A stretch of 63,983 nt of DNA, the filler included, from Vicugna vicugna (taxonomy: Eukaryota): NCBI GenBank assembly GCA_013265495.1. It is 76 parts of 75 records of this genome, joined end to end, with 100 filler letters (N's around TTAATTAATTAA, not from the genome) between each part and the next. Parts side by side here need not be neighbours in the genome. Positions count along the whole stretch, not along the records: positions 48,734 to 49,489 come from PNXW01022739.1; positions 49,590 to 50,450 come from PNXW01022740.1; positions 50,551 to 51,030 come from MU062167.1; positions 51,131 to 51,273 come from MU062170.1; positions 51,374 to 52,134 come from MU062171.1; positions 52,235 to 53,065 come from PNXW01022794.1; positions 53,166 to 54,215 come from MU062172.1; positions 54,316 to 54,776 come from PNXW01022797.1; 68 more parts are not named here. One strand, given 5' to 3'. Of the stretch, positions 48,734 through 61,178 are shown piece after piece. The notes under the pieces were generated by a model, which ran no database searches, was not told where the DNA came from, and saw nothing but the letters and a program-made list of their open reading frames with translations. Numbering within the stretch: position 1 is the stretch's first letter; every line of letters begins with the position of its first letter. The position numbers and the translations under genes are program-made.

Positions 48734-48913
48734 TTGTACTCTATAGCACAGGGAAATATATAAAAGATCTTAACAGCAACTCACAGGGGAAAAATGGGAC
48801 AAAAAATGTATATATGTTCATTGTACCTAAAAAATTGTGCTCTAAAATGGACTTTGCGACAACTTTGTAAAATGATTAAAAATCAATTAAAAAAAGTTAA
48901 AAAAAGAAAAAAA
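48734..48913 (+). mobile_element. Lineage-specific L1 3' terminus with A-rich tail
   Basis: tatagcacagggaaatatata...tgtatatatgttca...ttgtgct...ttgtaaaatga...caattaaaaaaag. Homologous to the reverse complement of 60670-60840. Confidence 0.8.
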
Positions 48914-48919
48914 CATGAT

Positions 48920-49450
48920 CCTAAATATTACAGATGTTAATATAAATTAGAGAGCAAAAACTATTCAAAAAGTAGTAAAACCAAAATTTTGTTTTTTGTT
49001 TTCTTTTTAAGATAAGCAAAATCAAAAAACCTCTAGCCTGGTGCATCATGAAGAAAAGAGAGATGCTCCAAAGAAATAAATTCAGAAATAAAATTGGAGA
49101 AATAACTATTGTTCCCTCAGATATACAAAAAAGGGAACATTTTGTCACCAATTACATGCCAATAAACTGGACAACTTAGAAGAAATAGACAAATGTCTAG
49201 AAATAGACAGAGATCAGGAGAAACAAATAATTTGAATAAACTGATTACTAGAAGAAAGATAGAATCTGCATTTAAAAAAATTGTTGAATAGAAGTGCAGA
49301 TATAAACAGCTCCCTTGGAGAACTATAAAAAAATACAAAGCAGAACTTATAATCTTCAAACTATTCAAAAATTGTGAAGGTGTGGGAAACTCCAAAATTA
49401 TTTCTATGAAGCTTTCATCACCCTGAGAGCAGAGCTAAACCAACAAAAAA
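48920..49450 (+). mobile_element. Older LINE-1 ORF2 fragment (between endonuclease and RT)
   Basis: aaaatcaaaaaacctctagcc, aagaaaagagag, caattacatgccaataaactggacaacttagaagaaatagacaaat, ttctatgaagc. Confidence 0.85.
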
Positions 49451-49589
49451 GTACGGGCAAAGGCAAATTGAAGCCATTATATTTGATAGNNNNNNNNNNN
49501 NNNNNNNNNNNNNNNNNNNNNNNNNNNNNNNNNTTAATTAATTAANNNNNNNNNNNNNNNNNNNNNNNNNNNNNNNNNNNNNNNNNNNN

Positions 49590-50450
49590 TATTTCTGTAT
49601 TCTATATTCTATCTTCTGTCCTATATTCCATGTTGTAAACTCTGAGTTCTGTATGCTATATTCTATATTAAATAATCTGTGTTCGACAATCTATATTCTA
49701 CATTCTATATGCTGTATACTGTATTCTAAATCCTGTATTCTGTGTTCTGAATTCCATGTTCTAAATTCTGGTTTCTGTATTTTCTATTCTATATTCTGTA
49801 CTCTGTGTTCTGCATTCCATGTGCTAAATTTTGTATTCTGATTTCTACATACTCTATTCTGTGTTCTACATTCTCTATTCTAAATTCTATATTCTGAATT
49901 CTATATTCTAAATTCTAAACTCTGTGTTATGAATTCCATGTTCTAAATTCTGAGTTCTGCATTCTGTATTCTATATTCTATATTCGGAGTTCTGCATTCT
50001 GTATGATACATTTTATATTATGTATACTTTATCCTATGTTATAACTTCTGTGGTCTGAATTCCATGATCTAAATTCTGTGTTCTGTATTCTGTATTCTAT
50101 ATTCATATTCTGAGTTCTACATTCTCTATTCTACATTCTATATACTTTATTCTACATTCTATTTTCTGTGTTCTACATTCTCTATTCCACATTCTATTCC
50201 TGTTTTCTCTATATTATATTCTGTGTTCTGAATTCCATGATTATATTCTGGGTTCTATAATCTGTATTCTATATTTTATATTCTGTGTTCTGCATTCCAT
50301 CTTATAAATTCTGGGTTCTGTATTCTATATTCTATATTCTGTGTTATCTAAATCCTGTATTCTATCTTCTATATTCTGCTTTCTGCATTCTATGTTCTAA
50401 ATTCAGGGTTCTGATTTCTGTATTCTTTTCTCTATTTTATGTCTTCTAAT
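49590..50450. repeat. Satellite E (pyrimidine strand, diverged)
   Basis: ttctgta ttctata ttccatg ttctaaa ttctgtg units throughout. Confidence 0.92.
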
Positions 50451-50550
50451 NNNNNNNNNNNNNNNNNNNNNNNNNNNNNNNNNNNNNNNNNNNNTTAATT
50501 AATTAANNNNNNNNNNNNNNNNNNNNNNNNNNNNNNNNNNNNNNNNNNNN

Positions 50551-51030
50551 CGGAACCCGGAATGCAATGTTGATGGTATTCATGTAAATTACATACCTAT
50601 TAGGTGTATATCGCTCCAGAAATATTTTTTTGGGAAAAATGCATGAATTCGAACCTGGTGTTAGGGAAAGCTTGTGAAAATGTGAACACGTGTCTAGATG
50701 AAAATATTACTTTTATAGAGGAGGAAAGATTAGTAATCCAGATGACCTCAACTCAGGAATGTATATTTGTCGAATCCGTCATGTATGTAGCATGTACGGA
50801 NNNNNNNNNNNNNNNNNNNNNNNNNNNNNNNNNNNNNNNNNNNNNNNGTAGAATTCGCTCCAAGAGGGTTTTTCTGTGATCAAAGTGTGATTCTTGAAAC
50901 TGGTGATAGACAGAAGCTACGAAGTCAAAATAAATATTTCATATTGCATAGGTAATTTGTTTGGTGGTTGAAAAATCAGTCATGTGCTTGTTCACAACTC
51001 AGAAATTCAAGTTTGAGGAATCCGTGATGC
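50551..51030. repeat. Satellite C
   Basis: cggaacccggaatg, aactcaggaatg and ggaatccgtgatgc. Confidence 0.92.
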
Positions 51031-51373
51031 NNNNNNNNNNNNNNNNNNNNNNNNNNNNNNNNNNNNNNNNNNNNTTAATTAATTAANNNNNNNNNNNNNN
51101 NNNNNNNNNNNNNNNNNNNNNNNNNNNNNNCTCATGAACTTACAGATTACTGATCAAAACACTATCAGTCAAAATCATCAGGATCTCACCACCAAAGGGG
51201 GTCTTGCCCAAAACTTTCCTGATGTTGATTCTGGATCAGTTATGACCAAGACGAGGAGCACAGGTGAAAATGCNNNNNNNNNNNNNNNNNNNNNNNNNNN
51301 NNNNNNNNNNNNNNNNNTTAATTAATTAANNNNNNNNNNNNNNNNNNNNNNNNNNNNNNNNNNNNNNNNNNNN

Positions 51374-52134
51374 ACAAGGCGTATATTGACTTAGAAATAT
51401 TTACTCTGACTTCATAGGGTTTTCCTATCACCGGTTCAAAAATCGGACATTTGGCACCAGAAAACACTCTTTGAGCGAATTCTCACCAATACACATGTAA
51501 TTTACATTGTTTACATAACCATGGGATTCTGTATTACGAGCATGTTTCATGCATCACGGATTCCTCAAACATGCATTTCTGAGTTGTGAACATGCGCATG
51601 ACTGATGTTTCAACCACCAAACAATTTACCTATGCACTATGAAGTATTTATTTTGACTTCGTAGCTTCTGCCTATGACCGGTTTCAAGAATCACACTTTG
51701 ATCCCAGAAAAATCTCTTGGAGCGAATTCTACCCTAGAGATATGTAATTTGCATAGNNNNNNNNNNNNNNNNNNNNNNNNNNNNNNNNNNNNNNNNNNNN
51801 NNNNNNNNNNNNNNNNNNNNNNNNNNNNNNNNNNNNNNNNNNNNNNNNNNNNNNNNNNATCTTTCATCCTCTATAAAAGGAATATTTTCATCTAGACAAG
51901 TGTACACATTTTCACGAGCTTTCCCTAACACCAGGTTCGAATTCGTGAATTTTTCACAGAAAAATATTTCTGGAGCGATTTCCACCTAACAGATATGTAA
52001 TTTACATCTATTCCAACAAAATGGCATTCCGGGTTCCGTACATGCTACATGTATGATGTATTTGGCAATCATGTGTTTCTGACTTGCGCTCATGTGGATT
52101 ACTGACCTTTCACCCTCCGAACAAGGCGTATATA
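51374..52134. repeat. Satellite C, opposite orientation; one full trimer
   Basis: acaaggcgtata occurs at both ends (51374 and 52122); catgtttcatgcatcacggattcc is present. Confidence 0.92.
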
Positions 52135-52644
52135 NNNNNNNNNNNNNNNNNNNNNNNNNNNNNNNNNNNNNNNNNNNNTTAATTAATTAANNNNNNNNNN
52201 NNNNNNNNNNNNNNNNNNNNNNNNNNNNNNNNNNAATTGTAAGGAAAAAGATATTGATTCATCCTGAGAAAACATTTTTATTAGAGTCAGCAATGAAGAT
52301 GAACACTGAAGAAGGTGATGATTTTTCGAGTGAGACAAGCCCTGGGTTTTACGGATTCAGCATCCCTGTCCTGGACACGTAACGTGTTGAAATGCGTGGA
52401 GGGTGAGGCGGGGCAGCCGCGCAGGGAACACGGATGCCGGGTCATTCGGCTGTGCTCAGGCCCAGTGGGGCTTTGTCCTAAGGGCAGTGGACCGTCATTG
52501 ACAGATTTTATGTAGGGGAGTGGGGTGCTCTCGTAGTTCACTTTTGTCTTGTAGAGTGCTTGGAAACATTTAGAAGGCTTGGCAGGTGGTGATGATGAAT
52601 CAGAGTGGCTACGAGGTGTAGCAGTGTTCAATTTTCAAGTGGTT

Positions 52645-52830
52645 TTCAGTCCCAGGCTTGTGGCTCAGTAGCCGTGTCACTTTGGAAAACGCACTCAAAA
52701 GTGAAACAATTTATCTAATTAAATCTGTGATGTACCCAATTCCCAGGACTGTTGTGGAGATTCAGTGAGATAACGTGTGCACAGTGTGCAGCGTTGTCTC
52801 CAGCACAGATTCAGTGCTGAATTAGTGCCA
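52645..52830 (+). mobile_element. MIR SINE remnant
   Basis: tcccaggct...tagccgtgtcactttggaaaa...caggactgttgtggagattcagtgagataacgtgtg...cagcacag. Confidence 0.7.
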
Positions 52831-53165
52831 GTGAGTACCTGGTAGGTCAGGTGAGGGTGGTGGGACTCGGTGACTTAGGATATCTGGGCCCTGAAGGAAG
52901 GGTCCATTCACATCTGTGAGTGATGGGCCTGAATTGGGAGACGCAGGGAGACTTTACCCCCCGACTAGGTACCCTGGGCAAGACGGCTATGTGAGGAGCA
53001 CAGTGAAGCCAGCTCTTTGATGGTGGAGTTGGAGGTGCCATTGAGACATCTAAGTGCAGTGTCACNNNNNNNNNNNNNNNNNNNNNNNNNNNNNNNNNNN
53101 NNNNNNNNNTTAATTAATTAANNNNNNNNNNNNNNNNNNNNNNNNNNNNNNNNNNNNNNNNNNNN

Positions 53166-54215
53166 GGATATCCCAGTGACAGAGGCTGCATCCCCAAGTC
53201 AGGGAAGTTAATTCTCGGATTTCCCCGAACAGGAAACACCAGTGAATGAAGGGAGCTGCGTGGAGTTGTCTCTCGTGCTCCCCCACGCACTGAAAATGGT
53301 TCCGGAATCCTGAGCGTGGGGAGGTTCCACCAACGGTCGGCAGCGCGTGGGTTCTAACGGAAAGCCTAAGCTCGTCTCCCCTGAGTGTTTCCTANNNNNN
53401 NNNNNNNNNNNNNNNNNNNNNNNNNNNNNNNNNNNNNNNNNNNNNNNNNNNNNNNNNNNNNNNNNNNNNNNNNNNNNNNNNNNNNNNNNNNNNNNNNNNN
53501 NNNNNNNNNNNNNNNNNNNNNNNNNNNNNNNNNNNNNNNNNNNNNNNNNNNNNNNNNNNNNNNNNNNNNNNNNNNNNNNNNNNNNNNNNNNNNNNNNNNN
53601 NNNNNNNNNNNNNNNNNNNNNNNNNNNNNNNNNNNNNNNNNNNNNNNNNNNNNNNNNNNNNNNNNNNNNNNNNNNNNNNNNNNNNNNNNNNNNNNNNNNN
53701 NNNNNNNNNNNNNNNNNNNNNNNNNNNNNNNNNNNNNNNNNNNNCGGACTTCCCCGAACAAGGAACACCTGTGACTGAAGAGAGCTTCGTGGAGTTGTCT
53801 CCCGAGCTCCCCCACGCACTGACAATGGTTCCGGAATCCTGAGCGTGGGGAGGTTCTACCAACGGTCGGCAGCGCGTAGGTTCTATCGGAAAGCCTTAGC
53901 TCGTCTCTCCTGAGTTTTTTCCTAATGTCTCTGTGCCAGGGAATGCTAGTGGGGTTTGCAGGGTGTCCCAGTGACAGAGGCTGCCTCCCCAAGATCAGGG
54001 AAGGTATTTCTCGGACTTCCCCGAACAGGGAACACCTGTGACTGAAGAGAGCTTCGTGGAGTTGTCTCCCGAGCTCCCCCACGCACTGACAATGGTTCCA
54101 GAATCCTGAGGGTGGGGAGGTTCCACCAACGGTCGTCAGCGCGTGTGTTCTAACCGAAAGCGTAAGCTCATCTCCACTGAGGATTTTCCTAATATCTCTG
54201 TGCCAGGGAATGCTA
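53166..54215. repeat. Satellite A, reverse orientation
   Basis: The ORF track shows the same peptide repeated after 89 codons, i.e. 267 bp. Confidence 0.95.
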
Positions 54216-54315
54216 NNNNNNNNNNNNNNNNNNNNNNNNNNNNNNNNNNNNNNNNNNNNTTAATTAATTAANNNNNNNNNNNNNNNNNNNNNNNNNNNNN
54301 NNNNNNNNNNNNNNN

Positions 54316-54776
54316 TTCGCACGTGTGCTGATGGTGTGGAAACAGAGTCCACGCATTTTTTCTTGGGCACAGGTATTCCTAGGTAGGAGGATGTAGTTTA
54401 AACTCCTAAATATCCCATGGATAGGCACTCGCTAATACTTCGTTTTAGAGCCCAACCTCCAATTTCCCCCGCACTCCTGGCAGGGCAAGCCATCACGGAA
54501 GACAAGCTAAGGGATTGAGACAAGCTAAGGGATTGAATTGAACCTAGATGCTGCTGTCACATACAGGAACTTCCCAACACTCAGGACTCCCTAGACACTC
54601 TTGTGTGTGTGGGAGGTGTGCAGCCCCAATCCACGCAGAAGAATGGTAACACAGGTGTTCCACGTTAGGGGAGTTCCCTAAGTAATTCCTCAGTCAATCG
54701 GATGGCACAAGCTGCTACTTGGCCTCCAATTCCAACCCCCAGATTTCGCTCGCAGCCCGGCCTAGGGAAACACTCA
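54316..54776. repeat. Satellite B, opposite orientation, diverged
   Basis: atcccatggataggcactcgctaatactt, gaagacaagctaaggga and caatccacgcagaagaatgg. Confidence 0.88.
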
Positions 54777-54876
54777 NNNNNNNNNNNNNNNNNNNNNNNN
54801 NNNNNNNNNNNNNNNNNNNNTTAATTAATTAANNNNNNNNNNNNNNNNNNNNNNNNNNNNNNNNNNNNNNNNNNNN

Positions 54877-55666
54877 CCGGCCTAAGGAAACACTCAGGGA
54901 ACACAAGCTAAGGGAGTCTAGAAGAACCTAGGTCCTGCTGTGATTTGGAGTAGCTTCCCCATGCTCAGGATTCCAGAAAACGTCTTCGTGTGTGTGATGT
55001 TGGTGGAGAAACAGAGTCCACGCGAATTTCAGGGGGCACAGGTATTCCATTGTTGTGGGTTGTTGGTTAAACACCTCNNNNNNNNNNNNNNNNNNNNNNN
55101 NNNNNNNNNNNNNNNNNNNNNNNNNNNNNNNNNNNNNNNNNNNNNNNNNNNNNNNNNNNNNNNNNNNNNNNNNNNNNNNNNNNNNNNNNNNNNNNNNNNN
55201 NNNNNNNNNNNNNNNNNNNNNNNNNNNNNNNNNNNNNNNNNNNNNNNNNNNNNNNNNNNNNNNNNNNNNNNNNNNNNNNNNNNNNNNNNNNNNNNNNNNN
55301 NNNNNNNNNNNNNNNNNNNNNNNNNNNNNNNNNNNNNNNNNNNNNNNNNNNNNNNNNNNNNNNNNNNNNNNNNNNNNNNNNNNNNNNNNNNNNNNNNNNN
55401 NNNNNNNNNNNNNNNNNNNNNNNNNNNNNNNNNNNNNNNNNNNNNNNNNNNNNNNNNNNNNNNNNNNNNNNNNNNNNNNNNNNNNNNNNNNNNNNNNNNN
55501 NNNNNNNNNNNNNNNNNNNNNNNNNNNNNNNNNNNNNNNNNNNNNNNNNNNNNNNNNNNNNAAACTGAGTTATCTTTATGGGGGCACAGTTATTCCCAGG
55601 TAGATGATGTAGTTAAACACGTTCACTTCTCACAGAGAGGCACTAGCTATTACTTGGCTTTAGAGC
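54877..55666. repeat. Satellite B, opposite orientation, diverged
   Basis: ggaaacactcagggaacacaagctaaggga and gggggcacagg. Confidence 0.85.
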
Positions 55667-56744
55667 NNNNNNNNNNNNNNNNNNNNNNNNNNNNNNNNNN
55701 NNNNNNNNNNTTAATTAATTAANNNNNNNNNNNNNNNNNNNNNNNNNNNNNNNNNNNNNNNNNNNNATTTCTGTGAAATGTATCTGGATAGTGTTGATTC
55801 ATCGATTCCCATTTGGCATAGAGGTAGTGCAACCTGCACTCACTCGCTTCCATGTACAAAGCAATGGAAACATCCACTCACCCAGCCCTTGGCACAGGAC
55901 ACTTGCCGAAGAGAGGTCTGTTACTTCCAAAGACAGGATGAGGCCTCAGGACACCTGGAAGGAGGAGAAGGCAAAGCAGGGAATGGAAACCAGTGCAGGG
56001 TCTGACCNNNNNNNNNNNNNNNNNNNNNNNNNNNNNNNNNNNNNNNNNNNNNNNNNNNNNNNNNNNNNNNNNNNNNNNNNNNNNNNNNNNNNNNNNNNNN
56101 NNNNNNNNNNNNNNNNNNNNNNNNNNNNNNNNNNNNNNNNNNNNNNNNNNNNNNNNNNNNNNNNNNNNNNNNNNNNNNNNNNNNNNNNNNNNNNNNNNNN
56201 NNNNNNNNNNNNNNNNNNNNNNNNNNNNNNNNNNNNNNNNNNNNNNNNNNNNNNNNNNNNNNNNNNNNNNNNNNNNNNNNNNNNNNNNNNNNNNNNNNNN
56301 NNNNNNNNNNNNNNNNNNNNNNNNNNNNNNNNNNNNNNNNNNNNNNNNNNNNNNNNNNNNNNNNNNNNNNNNNNNNNNNNNNNNNNNNNNNNNNNNNNNN
56401 NNNNNNNNNNNNNNNNNNNNNNNNNNNNNNNNNNNNNNNNNNNNNNNNNNNNNNNNNNNNNNNNNNNNNNNNNNNNNNNNNNNNNNNNNNNNNNNNNNNN
56501 NNNNNNNNNNNNNNNNNACATTCATAACCTGGGCTGGGATTATGGTTTGGTTTGAGGCACAGGATGCACAACAGCTCTTTTCTTGCCTTCGTGCACCCTT
56601 GCCACAGGGATGAGAAGACAAGGAAGTGTGGTCCAAGTCCACAGNNNNNNNNNNNNNNNNNNNNNNNNNNNNNNNNNNNNNNNNNNNNTTAATTAATTAA
56701 NNNNNNNNNNNNNNNNNNNNNNNNNNNNNNNNNNNNNNNNNNNN

Positions 56745-57466
56745 ATTTGCAAATGATGCAACTGACAAGGGACTAATTTTCAAAATATAACAACAGCTCA
56801 TACACTTTAATATCAAAAAAACAAGGGGCCCAATTCAGAAATGGGCAGAAGACCTAAACAAACAATTCTCCAATGAAAACATACAAATGGCCAACAGGCA
56901 TATGAAAAAATGCTCAGCATCGCTAATCGTTGGAGAAATGCAGATCAAAACTACAGTGAGATATTGACTCACACCAGCCAGAATGGCCATCACTGAAACG
57001 TCTACAAATGATAGATGCTGGAGAGGGTATGGAGAAAAGGGTACCCTCCTACACTGTTGGTGAGAGTATAGACTGGTGCAGCCATTATGCAGGANNNNNN
57101 NNNNNNNNNNNNNNNNNNTAAAAATAGACATGGGATCCAGCAATCCCACTCTTGGGCATACGCCCATAGAAAAATAAAATTCAAAAAGACACATGCACCC
57201 AATGTCCATAGCAACACTATTTACAATAGCCAAGATATGGAAACAACCCAAATGTCCATCAATAGATGACTGGATAAAGAAGAGGTGGTGCATATCTACA
57301 AAGGAACACTATTCAGCCATAAAAAAGAATAAAATAATGCCATTTGCAACAACATGGATGGGACTGAAGATCGTCATTCTAAATGAAATGGGCCAGAAAG
57401 AAAAATGCCACATGATATCACTTGTATGTGGGATCTAAAAAACAAATAACATAAAAAAATAAGGAC
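56745..57466 (+). mobile_element. LINE-1 ORF2 C-terminal Cys-rich domain and 3' UTR, inactivated
   Basis: Translates to [32 protein letters not shown]...[15 protein letters not shown] and ATLFTIAKIWKQPKCPSIDDWIKKRW. Confidence 0.95.
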
Positions 57467-57566
57467 NNNNNNNNNNNNNNNNNNNNNNNNNNNNNNNNNN
57501 NNNNNNNNNNTTAATTAATTAANNNNNNNNNNNNNNNNNNNNNNNNNNNNNNNNNNNNNNNNNNNN

Positions 57567-58335
57567 CCTGAGTGTGGGCTGGCAATTTCAGGTGGCAGAA
57601 GCGGCTGGGTTTTAATAGAATCCCTTAGTATGTAATCCCTGAGTGTTTCCCTAGGACTGACTCTGAGAGAAACCTGGGGGTTGGGCTTTGAGGCCAAATA
57701 GTAGCGAATGTCCCCGATGGACTGAGGAAGTATTTAGATGAATTCTCCATAAAGGGAAACACCTGAGCACCCATTCATCTGCGTGGAGTGGGGCTTCAAA
57801 TCTCCCCACCACACAAGGTTGGGTTCCAGTATCCTGAGNNNNNNNNNNNNNNNNNNNNNNNNNNNNNNNNNNNNNNNNNNNNNNNNNNNNNNNNNNNNNN
57901 NNNNNNNNNNNNNNNNNNNNNNNNNNNNNNNNNNNNNNNNNNNNNNNNNNNNNNNNNNNNNNNNNNNNNNNNNNNNNNNNNNNNNNNNNNNNNNNNNTAA
58001 ACTACAACCCGCAACTTGGGAATTACTGTGACCCCTGGAAAATGTGTGTGCTCTTTCCCCACGTCCAGCACACACAGGAAGAAGTGTTCTGGGGTTCTGT
58101 GTGTGGGGAGGTTCCTCCAACAGACAGCAGCACCTGGGTTGTAATAGAATCCCTTAGCTTGACTTACCTAAGTGTTTTCCTAGGCCTAGCATTAAGCGAT
58201 GGTGGGGGATGGGCTCCAAAGCCAAGTATTTGCGAGTGCATGTCTGTGGACAGTGGAGGGTATTAAACTACTTCCCCAACCTGGGAACAGCTGTGCCCCA
58301 TAAAGATGCGTGGAATATGTTTCCCCACCTCCAGC
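57567..58335. repeat. Satellite B
   Basis: ccacacaaggttggg and caggaagaagtgttctgggg tags; near-identical to 6280-6555. Confidence 0.92.
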
Positions 58336-58435
58336 NNNNNNNNNNNNNNNNNNNNNNNNNNNNNNNNNNNNNNNNNNNNTTAATTAATTAANNNNNNNNN
58401 NNNNNNNNNNNNNNNNNNNNNNNNNNNNNNNNNNN

Positions 58436-59567
58436 CAGAGACATTAGGAAAACCCTCAGGGGAGACGAAATTAGGCATTCTGTTAGAACACACGCTCTGC
58501 CGAACGTTGGTGGAACCTCCCCTCGCTCAGGATTCCGGAACCATTGTCAGTGCGTGGGGGAGCTCGAGAGANNNNNNNNNNNNNNNNNNNNNNNNNNNNN
58601 NNNNNNNNNNNNNNNNNNNNNNNNNNNNNNNNNNNNNNNNNNNNNNNNNNNNNNNNNNNNNNNNNNNNNNNNNNNNNNNNNNNNNNNNNNNNNNNNNNNN
58701 NNNNNNNNNNNNNNNNNNNNNNNNNNNNNNNNNNNNNNNNNNNNNNNNNNNNNNNNNNNNNNNNNNNNNNNNNNNNNNNNNNNNNNNNNNNNNNNNNNNN
58801 NNNNNNNNNNNNNNNNNNNNNNNNNNNNNNNNNNNNNNNNNNNNNNNNNNNNNNNNNNNNNNNNNNNNNNNNNNNNNNNNNNNNNNNNNNNNNNNNNNNN
58901 NNNNNNNNNNNNNNNNNNNNNNNNNNNNNNNNNNNNNNNNNNNNNNNNNNNNNNNNNNNNNNNNNNNNNNNNNNNNNNNNNNNNNNNNNNNNNNNNNNNN
59001 NNNNNNNNNNNNNNNNNNNNNNNNNNNNNNNNNNNNNNNNNNNNNNNNNNNNNNNNNNNNNNNNNNNNNNNNNNNNNNNNNNNNNNNNNNNNNNNNNNNN
59101 NNNNNNNNNNNNNNNNNNNNNNNNNNNNNNNNNNNNNNNNNNNATCTTCCCTGACCTTGGGGAGGCAGCCTCTGACACTGGGATATCCTGCAAACCCCCC
59201 TAGCATTCCCTGGCACAGAGACATTAGGAAAACCCTCAGGGGAGACGAGCTTAGGCATTCCGATAGAACCCACGCGCTGACGAACGTTTGTGGAACCTCT
59301 CCACGCTCAGGATTTTGGAAACATTGTCAGTGCGTGGGGGAGGTCGAGTGACAACTCCACGCAGCTCTCTTCACTCACAGGTGTTCCCTGTTCGGGGAAG
59401 TCCGAGAAATACTTTCCCTGAACTTGGGGAGGCAGCCTCTGACACTGGGATATCCTGCAAACCCCCCTAGCATTCCCTGGCTCAGAGACATTAGGAAAAC
59501 CCTCATGGGAGACGAAATTAGCCATTCCGTTAGAACCCACGCGCTACCGAACGTTGGTGGAACCTCC
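58436..59567. repeat. Satellite A
   Basis: A consensus landmarks present. Confidence 0.95.
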
Positions 59568-59667
59568 NNNNNNNNNNNNNNNNNNNNNNNNNNNNNNNNN
59601 NNNNNNNNNNNTTAATTAATTAANNNNNNNNNNNNNNNNNNNNNNNNNNNNNNNNNNNNNNNNNNNN

Positions 59668-60523
59668 AAATATTTCAGATTGCATATGTAACATGTTTGG
59701 TGTTTGAAACATCAGTCATACGCAGATTTACAACTCAGAAATTCATGTTTGAGGAATCCATGATGCATGAAACATGTTTGGAATACGGAATGCCATGGTT
59801 ATGTAAACAATTTAAATTAAATGTGTATTGGTGAGAATTCGTTCAAAGAGTATTTTCTGATGCCAAATGTCCGATATTAGAAACTGATGATAGGAAAAAC
59901 TTATGAATGTCCGACTATATAATTCTAAGTGAATATACGCCTTGTTTGGTGGACGAAAGTTCAGTAATCCACATGCTCACAGGTCAGGAACGCATGATTG
60001 CCGAAATGTCCGATATTAGAAACTGATGATAGGAAAAACTTATGAATGTCCGACTATATAATTCTAAGTGAATATACGCCTTGTTTGGTGGACGAAAGTT
60101 CAGTAATCCACATGCTCACAGGTCAGGAACGCATGATTGCCGAATCCGTCATGCATGTAGCATGTACGGAACCCGGAATGCCATGTTGATGGAATAAATG
60201 TAAATTACATGTCTGTTAGGTGGAAATCGCTCCATAACATTTCTTCTGTGAAAAATGCACGAATTAGAACCTGGTGTTAGGAAAATCTTGTGAAAATGTG
60301 TACAAGTGTTTAGATGAAAATATTCCTTTAATAGAGGATGAAATCTTAATAATCCAGATGCCCTCAACTCAGGAATGCATGTTTGTCAAATCAGTCATGT
60401 ATGTAGCATGTACGGAACACGGAATATCATGTAGATGGAATCTAATCAAATTAAATATCTCTAGGGAAGAATGCGCTTTAAGAGGGTTTTTGTGGGATCA
60501 AAATGTGATTCTTGAAACTGGTG
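59668..60523. repeat. Satellite C with a 139-bp perfect internal duplication
   Basis: C landmarks present; aaatgtccgatattagaaactg occurs at 59865 and 60004. Confidence 0.92.
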
Positions 60524-60669
60524 NNNNNNNNNNNNNNNNNNNNNNNNNNNNNNNNNNNNNNNNNNNNTTAATTAATTAANNNNNNNNNNNNNNNNNNNNN
60601 NNNNNNNNNNNNNNNNNNNNNNNTTAGTTGGCCCTAAAATGAAATGAATTCCATGATATTGCCATTTTC

Positions 60670-61078
60670 TCTTTCTTTTTTTATTGAGTTGTAGTCAGTT
60701 TACAATGTTGTGTCAATTTCTGGTGTACAGCACAATTTTTCAGTCATACATGAATATACAGATACTCATTTTCGTATTCTTTTTCACTGTGAGCTACTAC
60801 AAAATCTTGTATATATTTCCCTGTGCTATGCAGTATAAACTTGTTTATCTGTTTTATATCTACCCNNNNNNNNNNACCCATCAGTCAAATCTCGAACTCC
60901 CAGTCTGTCCCTTCCCAACCCCCTCCCTCCTCGCAACCACAAGTTTATATTCTATGTCTGTAAGTCTGTTTCTGTTTTATATTTAAGTTCATTTGTTTTC
61001 TTTCTTGTTTTTTTCAGATTTCCCTTATGAGTAATATCATATGGTATTTTCCTTTTTCTTTCTGGCTTACTTCACTTA
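60670..61078 (-). mobile_element. Lineage-specific L1 3' end (camelid-like)
   Basis: T-rich tail followed by ttattgagttgtagtcagtttacaatgttgtgtcaatttctggtgtacagca...tttccctgtgctat...tctggcttacttcactta. Confidence 0.88.
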
Positions 61079-61178
61079 NNNNNNNNNNNNNNNNNNNNNN
61101 NNNNNNNNNNNNNNNNNNNNNNTTAATTAATTAANNNNNNNNNNNNNNNNNNNNNNNNNNNNNNNNNNNNNNNNNNNN

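Noticed and set aside
51131..51273. 143-bp scaffold with an open frame (MNLQITDQNTISQNHQDLTTKGG...) and an antisense stretch vaguely like the olfactory-receptor KAFSTC motif
   Set aside because: It is too short, the motif is out of frame, and no other receptor motif follows. It cannot be assigned.
54501..54536. 18-bp tandem duplication gacaagctaagggattga in satellite B
   Set aside because: Ordinary slippage in a single copy.
1708..59351. Long ORFs of 150-400 aa in the supplied track
   Set aside because: They consist mostly of X from N gaps. The flanking residues are translations of satellites or L1.
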